Below are positions 55,704-64,000 of a stretch of 64,000 bases of DNA, in pieces; within the stretch, counting starts at the first letter, position 1; each line of letters opens with the position of its first letter. Under the pieces are notes generated by a model. That model saw only the letters and a program-made list of their open reading frames with translations. It had not been told where the DNA came from and searched no databases. The translations under genes and the position numbers were made by a program. Location: assembly GCA_038116375.1 (NCBI GenBank), contig JAYNUQ010000008.1, positions 305-64,304 on the forward strand, written 5' to 3'. The DNA is from Candidatus Poseidoniales archaeon. Its GTDB lineage: Archaea > Thermoplasmatota > Poseidoniia > Poseidoniales > Poseidoniaceae.

Positions 55704-57194
55704 ATGTCAACCTTCACCGAACTCCACCTAGACGAGCGTATTCTTGAAGCCCTTGACGGCGAAGGTTACCGCACACCAACTCCCGTCCAAGCCGAAACCA
55801 TACCGGCTCTCATGGACGGTCGAGACGTGATGGGCATTGCTCAGACCGGTACGGGAAAAACCGCAGCGTTCGCCCTCCCCATTCTTCACCACCTTGCCTC
55901 GGAGCATCCGGGCGACTGGCGCCCGATTCGTGCACTGATGTTGACACCAACCCGTGAACTCGCGGCCCAAATAGGCGAACGACTGCGCGTGTACGGACGG
56001 CATCTTCCGCTGTACTCCACGGTGATTTTCGGTGGCGTGGGTCAATCTCCCCAAGTGAAGGCGTTGCGCCGGGGCGTTGATCTTCTTGTGGCCACCCCTG
56101 GGCGTCTCCTGGATCTCCACAACCAAGGCCATGTGGATTTGAGCGACGTGAAACACTTCGTTCTGGACGAGGCTGACCGTATGCTCGACATGGGTTTCAG
56201 CAAGGACGTCGAACGCATTCTCCGCCTTATGCCAAAACGCCGGCAGAACCTGATGTTCAGCGCGACCATGCCGAAAGCCATCGGAACTTTGGCCAACGAA
56301 ATGCTCTACCAGCCCGTCAGCGTTGACATCAGCCCGGAAGCTCCGACCACGGACCGCATTGAGCAGTACGTTTCCTTCGTCCGAAAAGCGGACAAGCGCG
56401 AGCTTCTCATCGATTTGCTCGAAGGACAAATGGTGTCGTGTGGCATCGTCTTCACCCGAACCAAGCACGGGGCCAATCGGCTCGCGAAGCAACTCGAAAA
56501 GGTGGGTATTCCGGCCGATTCCATCCACGGCGACAAGAGCCAAACGGCCCGTACCCGAGCCCTCAACCGTTTCAGAAACGGCGAGGTGTTTGTGCTTGTG
56601 GCGACCGACATTGCCAGTCGTGGTATTGACGTTGAAGACATTACGCACGTGTTCAATTTTGATCTCCCCAATGAGCCAGAGGTCTACATTCACCGCATCG
56701 GCCGAACAGCACGAGCAGGACGCGAAGGCTTGGCCTATTCGTTTTGCGACGAGACGGAATCAGGCTACCTCGTCGGCATCCAACGGCTTTTGGGCCACGA
56801 TATTGAAGTTCTCGAGGACCAGCCTTACCACTTTGAGAAAGCCCGTCCGAAACCCGGGCAGAAACCAGGGAAGGTCAAGGGCGCTCCCGTAGGAGGTCCT
56901 TCTCGCCGAGGAACGGGTCGAGGGCGAGACATGCGGCGCTACAACCGAGGCGGTCAGAAACGGAACGAACAACAGCAGCGTACAAACAAGGGACGTCATC
57001 GTGGTCGACAAAACAACGACCAGTCGCGACCTGGCCAACGCAGCGACCAACCCAACCGTCCCCCTGGGGGCCGCCCACCCAAAACCCACGGTCGGCGTGG
57101 CAGGCAACAGGGCCGGTCAAACGCTTCGAACCGTCAGTCATCCGATCGTTCGAACCGCTCTCGGCGTCAATCTCGTCGGGACGATAGGTCATGA
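55704..57194 (+). CDS. DEAD-box ATP-dependent RNA helicase with Arg/Gly/Gln/Asn-rich basic tail
   Basis: Q-motif region, AQTGTGKT, PTRELA, DEADRMLDMGF, SAT, ARGID, HRIGRTARAG. The C-terminal ~110 aa is low-complexity RGRQ-rich. Confidence 0.9.
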   Translation: MSTFTELHLDERILEALDGEGYRTPTPVQAETIPALMDGRDVMGIAQTGTGKTAAFALPILHHLASEHPGDWRPIRALMLTPTRELAAQIGERLRVYGRHLPLYSTVIFGGVGQSPQVKALRRGVDLLVATPGRLLDLHNQGHVDLSDVKHFVLDEADRMLDMGFSKDVERILRLMPKRRQNLMFSATMPKAIGTLANEMLYQPVSVDISPEAPTTDRIEQYVSFVRKADKRELLIDLLEGQMVSCGIVFTRTKHGANRLAKQLEKVGIPADSIHGDKSQTARTRALNRFRNGEVFVLVATDIASRGIDVEDITHVFNFDLPNEPEVYIHRIGRTARAGREGLAYSFCDETESGYLVGIQRLLGHDIEVLEDQPYHFEKARPKPGQKPGKVKGAPVGGPSRRGTGRGRDMRRYNRGGQKRNEQQQRTNKGRHRGRQNNDQSRPGQRSDQPNRPPGGRPPKTHGRRGRQQGRSNASNRQSSDRSNRSRRQSRRDDRS

Positions 57195-57264
57195 GCCCCG
57201 CAGGGCAGACATGATGATTTGAGGGCGCTCAACACCCCTGTTTTGCGTCGTCTCTTGGACGGCT

Positions 57265-58911
57265 TCACACCAGCGGCGCAGGCGCAGCAGCGTTGACGTC
57301 AGCCGAAACGCCAGCTTCGTATCGCTTGAAATTCTCGTTGAACATGGAGGCCAACTTGTCGGCCGTGGTGTCGTAGGCCTCGCCGTTGGCCCAGGTGGTC
57401 TTCGGCTGCAAGACATCGGCGGGTACACCCGGGCAGGAGGTCGGGATTTCGAAGCCAAAGCGTTGGTCGGTGACGAATTCAACATTGTCAAGATCTCCGT
57501 CGAGGGCAGCGTTGAGCATGGCTCGGGTGTACTTGATTTTCATTCGGCTTCCCTCGCCGTAAGCGCCACCGGACCAGCCGGTGTTGATGAGCCAAGCCGT
57601 CGAGCCGTGCTGGGCCATCTTGTCCGAGAGCAAATCAGCGTAAACGCCGGGGTGCATGGGCATGAAGGGCTCACCAAAGCAGGCCGAGAAGGTCGCTTGG
57701 GGTTCTTTCACGCCGACTTCGGTACCGGCGACCTTGGCGGTGTAGCCGGAGATGAAGTGGTAAGCCGCTTGTGAGGGTGTCAGGCGGGAAATGGGTGGAA
57801 GAACGCCAAAGGCGTCGCAGGTCAGGAAGATGACGTTTTGTGGATGGCCGCCCTTGGAGTCAGCCGTTCGGTTGTCGATGAATTCAATCGGGTAGGAGCC
57901 ACGTGTGTTCTGCGTTTTCGACGTGTCGTGGAAGTCGGGCACGCCCTCGCTGTCGAGAACGATGTTTTCCAGTACGGTGCCGTGCTTCCGAGTGGTACCG
58001 AAGATCGCGGGCTCGTCTTCTTCGGAAAGGTCGATGAGCTTGGCGTAGCAACCGCCTTCGAAGTTGAACACACCGTTGGCACCCCAGCCGTGCTCGTCGT
58101 CGCCGATGAGGGCGCGCTTTGGGTCGGCGGAAAGCGTGGTCTTCCCCGTGCCGGAGAGACCGAAGAAAATCGCCGTGTTCTCACCGGTGGTGTTGGCCGA
58201 ACAGTGCATGGGGAGGATACCCTTCTTGGGCAGAATGAGGTTCATGACGGAGAATATGGATTTCTTGATTTCGCCTGCATAGCGTGTGCCGCCAATGATG
58301 ACTTCTTTGGCAGCGTAGTTGACGATGACAAAGCACTGCGAGTTGAGACCGTCGCTTTCATCCGCTTCAAAGTGGGGCGCATGGAGGACCGTAAATTCCG
58401 GCTCGTGCTTGGCCAATTGCTCTTCACCCGGGCGAATGAACATGTTGCGGGCGAAGGTGTTGTGCCACGCATTGTGGTTCACCACGCGGATGGGCAGGGC
58501 TTCAGAAAAATCGGCGCCGCAGTACAAATCCTGCACGAACAGAGCGTCTTGTTGAGACAAGAACTCAACGACCTTGGCTCGCATTCGGACGAAGGTGTCC
58601 ATGTCGGTGGAGACGTTGACATCTCCCCAGTTGATGTCGCTTGAAACCGAAGGCTCGTCGACGATGAACTTGTCGTTGGGGGAGCGTCCTGTTCGCTCAC
58701 CGGTTTCGGTGACGAGCGCACCGTGAGCGCTCAACACGCCTTCACCACGTTCCACCGCAAGCGCAACCAAGTCTCGGGCTGGAAGGTTCCAGTACACCGA
58801 TCCGCTCGGGGAAATTCCGTGGTCTGAGAGGTCTCCAGAGGGAGTACCGACAACGCCGCCCATGCCGAGCGTTTCCGCCGCCCCTCTTTGTCCCTTTTGG
58901 CTCAACGACAA
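57265..58911 (-). CDS. pckA: Phosphoenolpyruvate carboxykinase (ATP)
   Basis: TGRSPNDKFIV, kinase-1a GLSGTGKTTLS, IGDDEHGW. About 540 aa. Start may instead be at Met17. Confidence 0.9.
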   Translation of the reverse strand: MSLSQKGQRGAAETLGMGGVVGTPSGDLSDHGISPSGSVYWNLPARDLVALAVERGEGVLSAHGALVTETGERTGRSPNDKFIVDEPSVSSDINWGDVNVSTDMDTFVRMRAKVVEFLSQQDALFVQDLYCGADFSEALPIRVVNHNAWHNTFARNMFIRPGEEQLAKHEPEFTVLHAPHFEADESDGLNSQCFVIVNYAAKEVIIGGTRYAGEIKKSIFSVMNLILPKKGILPMHCSANTTGENTAIFFGLSGTGKTTLSADPKRALIGDDEHGWGANGVFNFEGGCYAKLIDLSEEDEPAIFGTTRKHGTVLENIVLDSEGVPDFHDTSKTQNTRGSYPIEFIDNRTADSKGGHPQNVIFLTCDAFGVLPPISRLTPSQAAYHFISGYTAKVAGTEVGVKEPQATFSACFGEPFMPMHPGVYADLLSDKMAQHGSTAWLINTGWSGGAYGEGSRMKIKYTRAMLNAALDGDLDNVEFVTDQRFGFEIPTSCPGVPADVLQPKTTWANGEAYDTTADKLASMFNENFKRYEAGVSADVNAAAPAPLV

Positions 58912-59012
58912 GGGGCCCGAACGGTTCGGTTGGGCCTCTTGAAGGGCGAAATCCGCTGCAAGGGGTCACGGCGGGCGGTCAACTTCAAGTTGAAAGAGGC
59001 GAGTTCAACCGC

Positions 59013-62000
59013 ATGGAGGAGGAGGCGGGTGAAGCCAAGAACTCCACACCAGAGGACGACGACGTCCTTCGAGAACAGTCCTTCAAACGCCCAACAGGGC
59101 TCAATCTTGATTCGTTCATGGTCTCAGATTCTGTGAACGGGCATGAAGACGTCGAAGCGTCGCCAGAACCCGTCTCACCCAAACCGTCCGATGCGGCCGT
59201 CGGTGAGGTTCGTGACCTCTTCACCATGGACGATACGAGGGAAAGGAATGCTGACCCGACGACGGAACTGGCCGTTCACGCCGAGCAAACCATCGGGAAG
59301 GGATTGGCGGTGGCCATGGTGGTGGTGTGGACCGCCATCGGGGCACTGGTCGGTACGGTGCTACCGCCGGTTCTTGGCGGGCTTGGTCTGCTGCTGATGG
59401 CGGGAGTTGGTCTGTACCTGGGTGAGCGCTGGATTCAGCGCAATTCGATGCACCTCTTGGGCATCACGTGGGTCATCATTTCGATGAAACTCCTCTACGG
59501 GCTGGCGCTTGATGCGTGGCGCTGGGGATGGCTGGACGGCCTCGACCTTCCCGAAAGCCAGGTCTTGGGCGCCTTGATGCTCGGACTGGTTGGATTGAAC
59601 GTGGGGTTGGCCTTCCGCCACGACGAGGACGCCATCGCTGCTCAATCGGCATTGGTCCTGTTCGCCATTGGCAGCTCTGCGGGAGCCGTTTACGGAGAAC
59701 TTGGCATTGCGGTTCTCATCGTGATGGCCATGGTGTTGATGCACGGATTAGCGCTTCTTCGCTCCTCGGGAAATTTGGCGAGTTTAGGAATCTCCATGTC
59801 GTACTTGTGGGTCGGCGTTCACGCCCTGTCCAACGATTGGACCGTTGTTTCTCTCACGTTGCTTCCCATCGAGAACGATTTGACGCTCTTCCTCCTTCTC
59901 AGCGTGGTGACCGCCGCTAACGCATCGATGGCAGCGGCGTTCGTTCACCACGAGAACTGGCTCAGTCAAGCGGTTGATGCGATTGGATTGGGCAAACCGG
60001 GTCTCTGGGCCGTCTCCGTTTCGCTGGGTATGGTCGGCGCCCTGATGGCGATTGCAGCCCATCGCGCAGAAACCGGCTATGCGCTTGCTCAATTGATGCT
60101 GCTCACGCTGGCGTTCACCTCCTCTTACCTCGTCGTGCGGGGCGTGGCATGGACGCGTTTGATGCCCTACGTTTTGGCACCCATGCCCTTCCTTATCGCC
60201 GCCTTGGCCCTTGTCAACACCGGCGTGTTCAACATCTCCTTTCCTTTCGACTTGGGCGAATATTCGGTGTTTGCATCGGCGACCGCCATTTTGTGCATCA
60301 GCGTCTTGTTGACCCACCAAGCCAGTGTCTCCGACCATGTGCTGTGGATGGGTTCGCTCGTGGTGGTGATCCTTCTCACCCTGCTCATTCCGGCCGAGGA
60401 CGGCGGCCAAAACGCACGCCTGTTGTTGGCCACGCAGGGCGCGGTTTGGGTGGGACTGGGCTACGTTGCTGTCCTGCGAGCCTCCCCAAGCATGGCCGGT
60501 GTTGCTGTTCTTGCTCCCTATGCGTGGTTACTCCTCTTCGCAACGGATTTCGAGCAGCGCTTGGTCAATGCAGATGTGGTCCCCATCGTGCTCAACGAAG
60601 GAGATCTCGGCATCTGGATGTTGGCGTTGGTGGCGCAGCAAATCACGGTGAATTTCCGCATGGGAGAAGCCAATTTGAATCTCGCAGGCGGCTTATCAGG
60701 CCTGACCGAAATCAGTTCGCGCCTTCGGGATTCCGATGCTCTCAACCTCTGGAACCTTGGATTTGTGCTCTCATGCGTAGCGTTTCTGGCCGTCACTCGT
60801 CCCGGCGGGATGACGGCGCTGGGTGTCTTGGGGGGCATGGGCGCCTTGCTCCTTGCCCATGCCACCATGACCTGGTTGGGACGTCATCAAGGCCGACCAC
60901 AAACCCTCGTGGTGGCGTGGTCCCTGGCCGCTCTCGCCATCGCTTGGCGATACGGTTTGGAAGCCGGATGGGCCACGGTCCTTACGGGGGGCAGCGTGTT
61001 GCTCGTGAGGGGTGCACTCGACCGAGCAAAGCAAGCGGATGAAGGCGGTGAGCACGACGCCACCCACCAAACGCTTCCCCGCCGCCTGCTCACGCTGCAC
61101 CTCGGTATGATGACGGCGATGTTCATTGTCGTCGCCCTCGCTCCGCAGCGAACGGTGACGCTGACCGGTCAAAGCGCGCTCCTCACGACCGAACTCAACA
61201 TGCAACTTCTTTCCCTCATGGGTGTGCTCTCCCTTTGTGTTTACATGCAGCGCCTGCAGGCGGTGGATGCGCTTCTCCCGCCCACGGTTGGCGCCATCGC
61301 TTTGCTCATCAGCATGGCCTTGGCGGGCCAAACCGCTGAGATGCCGTACGTTCAAACCACGGCACTCGGCATGTTCGTCGTGGTTGGCGCCTATTTGGCG
61401 TTCCAGGGCGACGTACGGTCTGGACTGAAGGCCGTGGCAGCGAAGGAAGAACGGCAAGCCGCCTTTGCAGAAAAGCGCGCTCGCATGCACACCCTCATGT
61501 CGGCCTCGACCAGCGATGGCGCGACCTCAGTGGCGTTGAAACAACTCGATGTGGACTTGTTGGAACGGGCTCAGCGCCAGAAAAAGCGAGCGAAGCGCGC
61601 CGACGTGAGTGCAGAGGACGACCTGCTTGTTGGTGACATCCACTACCGACCCGTGGTGCTGCTGCTGTTCCTCGTCGTGGCGTTCATCGGTTCCATGTGG
61701 GTGGCCTACGCCACGCCTTACGGCCTTCATGCCCTCGTTTTCAGTGCTGCCTTTGCCGTTGTCCTCGTGGGCTTGACGCGCCTACGGGCCAACACCATCG
61801 GACTGCGCTTACCCGATGTGGCTGGTGTTGAACTTCCCATCATGGTCGCCATGGGCGGTATGGTGTTGGTTCACCTTGCAGGGCGGATGACCACCGGCGT
61901 CCTTTCGGACGATGCCGTCCATGCGGTGGTGCTCACCATCACGTTGGCCCTGCTGGCTGGCATGGGCCTCATGGGCCGCAACGACCTCGGGCTGCGAATC

Positions 62001-62825
62001 CCCAGCGCTCTCGAAGCCCTGCTCGGGTTGCTGGTGTTGGACAAAGTCCTCTCCATCCTGTTGGGAGGCGAGGTCCCCCTTCCCTTCGCCACGGATCCGT
62101 TCGCTTCGTCCTTCACAACCTGGGGCCTGCCTCTGTTTGCGATGGAACTGGCCCTGGTGGGCATGGTCCTGCTGTTTGATTGGGTGGAAGGCGAACGTTT
62201 GCGTCGAGAACTGGAGGACCACCGCACGGCACTCGGCCGCAGTGCGTGGGTGTTGGGCACAACGGTTCTTTCCCTCGGTGCAGCGAGCTTCCTCGCTCTT
62301 TGTTTCGGTGTACGGCGAAGCCTCGGTTGGCGACAACCGGCCGTTGCACTGGCGGTTGTGGTCGCTGCACCCTTCATGGTGCAGTCGCTGACCGCTTGGG
62401 TGCTCTCATCGCTTTCTCCCCCCCTTACCTCACTGACCATCACCGCCACCGTCGGCGTGGCGAGTTTGGTTTGGGCGGTGGTTGTGGTCGCTCGACAAGC
62501 GGGGTTGTGGCTTTCCTCAGCGCTCTGGGCAACGCACGCTATGTTGCTCTCAGCTGCGCTGTTGGCCCAATCCTTGCTGGCGCTTTCCTTGGCTGCGATG
62601 GTGGTTTCCGCAACGGCATGGATCAGCGGCATCCTCACCCAACGGAAATCATGGCGCATTGTCGGTGCAGCTGACCTCGCTGTTGCGTGGATGGTCGCTG
62701 CGGTTGCGTTGGTGGCCGGTATCAGCGCTTCCTATGCCCTGCTGATGCTGGTGGCTTCAGCCGTTCTGCTGTTTGCGGTGACCACCCTTACGCAAGCGAA
62801 CGAACCATCGCTCCTCGACGATTAA
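59013..62825 (+). CDS. Giant polytopic membrane protein (1270 aa), uncharacterised
   Basis: Acidic ~90-aa N-terminus, then almost continuous hydrophobic helices (dozens), interrupted by two short polar loops. One of these is a basic/acidic helix, AAKEERQAAFAEKRARMH...LERAQRQKKRAKR. Confidence 0.6.
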   Translation: MEEEAGEAKNSTPEDDDVLREQSFKRPTGLNLDSFMVSDSVNGHEDVEASPEPVSPKPSDAAVGEVRDLFTMDDTRERNADPTTELAVHAEQTIGKGLAVAMVVVWTAIGALVGTVLPPVLGGLGLLLMAGVGLYLGERWIQRNSMHLLGITWVIISMKLLYGLALDAWRWGWLDGLDLPESQVLGALMLGLVGLNVGLAFRHDEDAIAAQSALVLFAIGSSAGAVYGELGIAVLIVMAMVLMHGLALLRSSGNLASLGISMSYLWVGVHALSNDWTVVSLTLLPIENDLTLFLLLSVVTAANASMAAAFVHHENWLSQAVDAIGLGKPGLWAVSVSLGMVGALMAIAAHRAETGYALAQLMLLTLAFTSSYLVVRGVAWTRLMPYVLAPMPFLIAALALVNTGVFNISFPFDLGEYSVFASATAILCISVLLTHQASVSDHVLWMGSLVVVILLTLLIPAEDGGQNARLLLATQGAVWVGLGYVAVLRASPSMAGVAVLAPYAWLLLFATDFEQRLVNADVVPIVLNEGDLGIWMLALVAQQITVNFRMGEANLNLAGGLSGLTEISSRLRDSDALNLWNLGFVLSCVAFLAVTRPGGMTALGVLGGMGALLLAHATMTWLGRHQGRPQTLVVAWSLAALAIAWRYGLEAGWATVLTGGSVLLVRGALDRAKQADEGGEHDATHQTLPRRLLTLHLGMMTAMFIVVALAPQRTVTLTGQSALLTTELNMQLLSLMGVLSLCVYMQRLQAVDALLPPTVGAIALLISMALAGQTAEMPYVQTTALGMFVVVGAYLAFQGDVRSGLKAVAAKEERQAAFAEKRARMHTLMSASTSDGATSVALKQLDVDLLERAQRQKKRAKRADVSAEDDLLVGDIHYRPVVLLLFLVVAFIGSMWVAYATPYGLHALVFSAAFAVVLVGLTRLRANTIGLRLPDVAGVELPIMVAMGGMVLVHLAGRMTTGVLSDDAVHAVVLTITLALLAGMGLMGRNDLGLRIPSALEALLGLLVLDKVLSILLGGEVPLPFATDPFASSFTTWGLPLFAMELALVGMVLLFDWVEGERLRRELEDHRTALGRSAWVLGTTVLSLGAASFLALCFGVRRSLGWRQPAVALAVVVAAPFMVQSLTAWVLSSLSPPLTSLTITATVGVASLVWAVVVVARQAGLWLSSALWATHAMLLSAALLAQSLLALSLAAMVVSATAWISGILTQRKSWRIVGAADLAVAWMVAAVALVAGISASYALLMLVASAVLLFAVTTLTQANEPSLLDD

Positions 62826-64000
62826 TCCTCTGTTAGGGCTCGGGTGAGCGAGGCCTGAACGTCGCTCAACATCTGCACGAAGGGTGCGGTATCAACACCA
62901 CGAGACAGACGAACCGACAGACTGGTTTTGGCTTGCGTTCCGCTGTTGCGAATCCCAAACGATGCCTCACCGTCCTCTGATGACGCGTGAATCAGGAGCA
63001 GGTGGTCTTCGCCCTCAATGCGCCGTCGTTGGGCGTTCATGCCAAGCTGCTCAAAGGACGACAAAAGGGCTGCTTCCGTTGATGAAAAGAGTTCACGCTC
63101 CGCATGCCAACGTTCTCGATGACTCTCTTTGATGGACACGCGTTGTTTCCAACCTCGATTGAAGGGAACATCGCCTCCTGAGGGCGCTGCCAGCAGCACT
63201 GCACAGAGGGTTGCAGCGCCGTCTCCCACGAGACTCCAGGCTCCAGCAACATTCGGATGCGGAGCGGGGAGAACGACATGACCCGAATCTTCGATGCCGC
63301 ACACGGCAGGGCACGTTCCGTGGTTGAACAAGCCTCCGTCCTGTGGGCGCAGGGCAAAGGAGAGCCATCGGTCGCCGACAGCCGTCTCCAAACACGTCGT
63401 CCCTTTGTTGAAGGATTTCACGTGCCCGAACAACGCCACGTCGGATTCGATGCTCGCCGCAAACGACCACGCTTCATCCCTGGCCGCTTGAAGGAGCATG
63501 GCCCCCATGGCGTCGCCGTCCACCACTTCGTAGCCGTGCTCGGTGGCTCTGATGAACAAACAACGGTCGCCGTCCCCGTCAAGCGCCGCACCGACAAGTT
63601 GACCCGGTTCTGCGGGCTGAAGAGCGCACAGCAACGCATGGTCCGAGGCTTTTGCCTCATCAACGGTCCACGTTTGGGTCGGTGAGAAGTCACCTGCGCC
63701 GCACGCTTCGTTCAGCACGCCCGCCGGCGAAGAAACCTCGACGCAGTTCACCCCTCGCTCGGTGAGAAAGGGAACGAGCCAGGAAGCCGCAAAGCCGTTG
63801 GCACTGTCAATGGACACCGTGGGGGCGAATCGAGATGGTGACTGACCCTCCCATGCTCCAAACAGCGCCTCAAACTGTTCCCATCTGGCGCTCATCCATG
63901 CAGGATGGGCGGTGATGCCCCATTCGGCATGGAATTCATCGGGGTTTGAGAGCGCCTCCCTGTCAACCCGGTCGACCTCGCGGTCTTCTTCAGACAGTTG
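62822..64000 (-). CDS. Phosphohexomutase-superfamily protein (phosphoacetylglucosamine mutase/PGM3-like); 5' end runs off the window
   Basis: SIDSANGF, VLNEACGAGDF (compare ILNEKCGADFV of AGM1/PGM3), metal loop LDGDGDRCLFI, sugar loop GIEDSGHVVL. The frame stays open from 63895 to 64000 (QLSEEDREVD...GITAHPAWMSARW). Confidence 0.65.
   Translation of the reverse strand, partial: QLSEEDREVDRVDREALSNPDEFHAEWGITAHPAWMSARWEQFEALFGAWEGQSPSRFAPTVSIDSANGFAASWLVPFLTERGVNCVEVSSPAGVLNEACGAGDFSPTQTWTVDEAKASDHALLCALQPAEPGQLVGAALDGDGDRCLFIRATEHGYEVVDGDAMGAMLLQAARDEAWSFAASIESDVALFGHVKSFNKGTTCLETAVGDRWLSFALRPQDGGLFNHGTCPAVCGIEDSGHVVLPAPHPNVAGAWSLVGDGAATLCAVLLAAPSGGDVPFNRGWKQRVSIKESHRERWHAERELFSSTEAALLSSFEQLGMNAQRRRIEGEDHLLLIHASSEDGEASFGIRNSGTQAKTSLSVRLSRGVDTAPFVQMLSDVQASLTRALTED

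Overview
Gene-dense archaeal chromosomal segment: about 60 CDS, one tRNA, no rRNA. Hand-counted sample lines give roughly 55-63% GC. Archaeal hallmarks are RpoP, an RFC-like clamp loader, TFB, topoisomerase VI A and B, archaeal phosphopantothenate synthetase, a THEP1-type NTPase and a Pcc1-like small ORF. Several starts are preceded by SD-like GGAGGTGA or AAGGAG motifs, and AT-rich TATA-like boxes sit 25-60 nt upstream of some genes. The remaining genes are mostly housekeeping: FumC, PckA, NadC, an IDH/IPMDH-family enzyme, an aconitase-family enzyme, GcvH, HflX, a DEAD-box helicase, Xth, RNase HI, cyclophilin, GPx and beta-carbonic anhydrase. There are also nucleotide-sugar genes and two very large anchored surface proteins. 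The content is compatible with a planktonic Thermoplasmatota-type archaeon such as Marine Group II, but that is inference only. I saw no CRISPR array, transposase, integrase or prophage. Items worth a second look: (1) four translationally coupled genes joining a degenerate SdhA/NadB-like flavoprotein, a HIT hydrolase, a eukaryote/bacteria-type GPAT-like acyltransferase and an unknown protein; (2) a 1676-aa surface protein with a vWA domain inserted into a seven-blade repeat module; (3) an 8x FAS1 protein with an exact 408-nt repeat period and a repetitive cytoplasmic tail; (4) a ~2-kb low-GC islet of small membrane proteins with palindromic operator-like sites just upstream of tfb; (5) a ribbon-helix-helix domain fused in frame to fumarase; (6) a type IB topoisomerase alongside Topo VI; (7) an aconitase-family enzyme with reversed domain order; (8) an orphan gamma-class N6-adenine methyltransferase next to tandem TerB paralogues; (9) a four-gene uncharacterised membrane/coiled-coil operon upstream of glycosylation genes; (10) a 1270-aa almost entirely hydrophobic protein. 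All functional calls rest on motif recognition by eye, with no database search.
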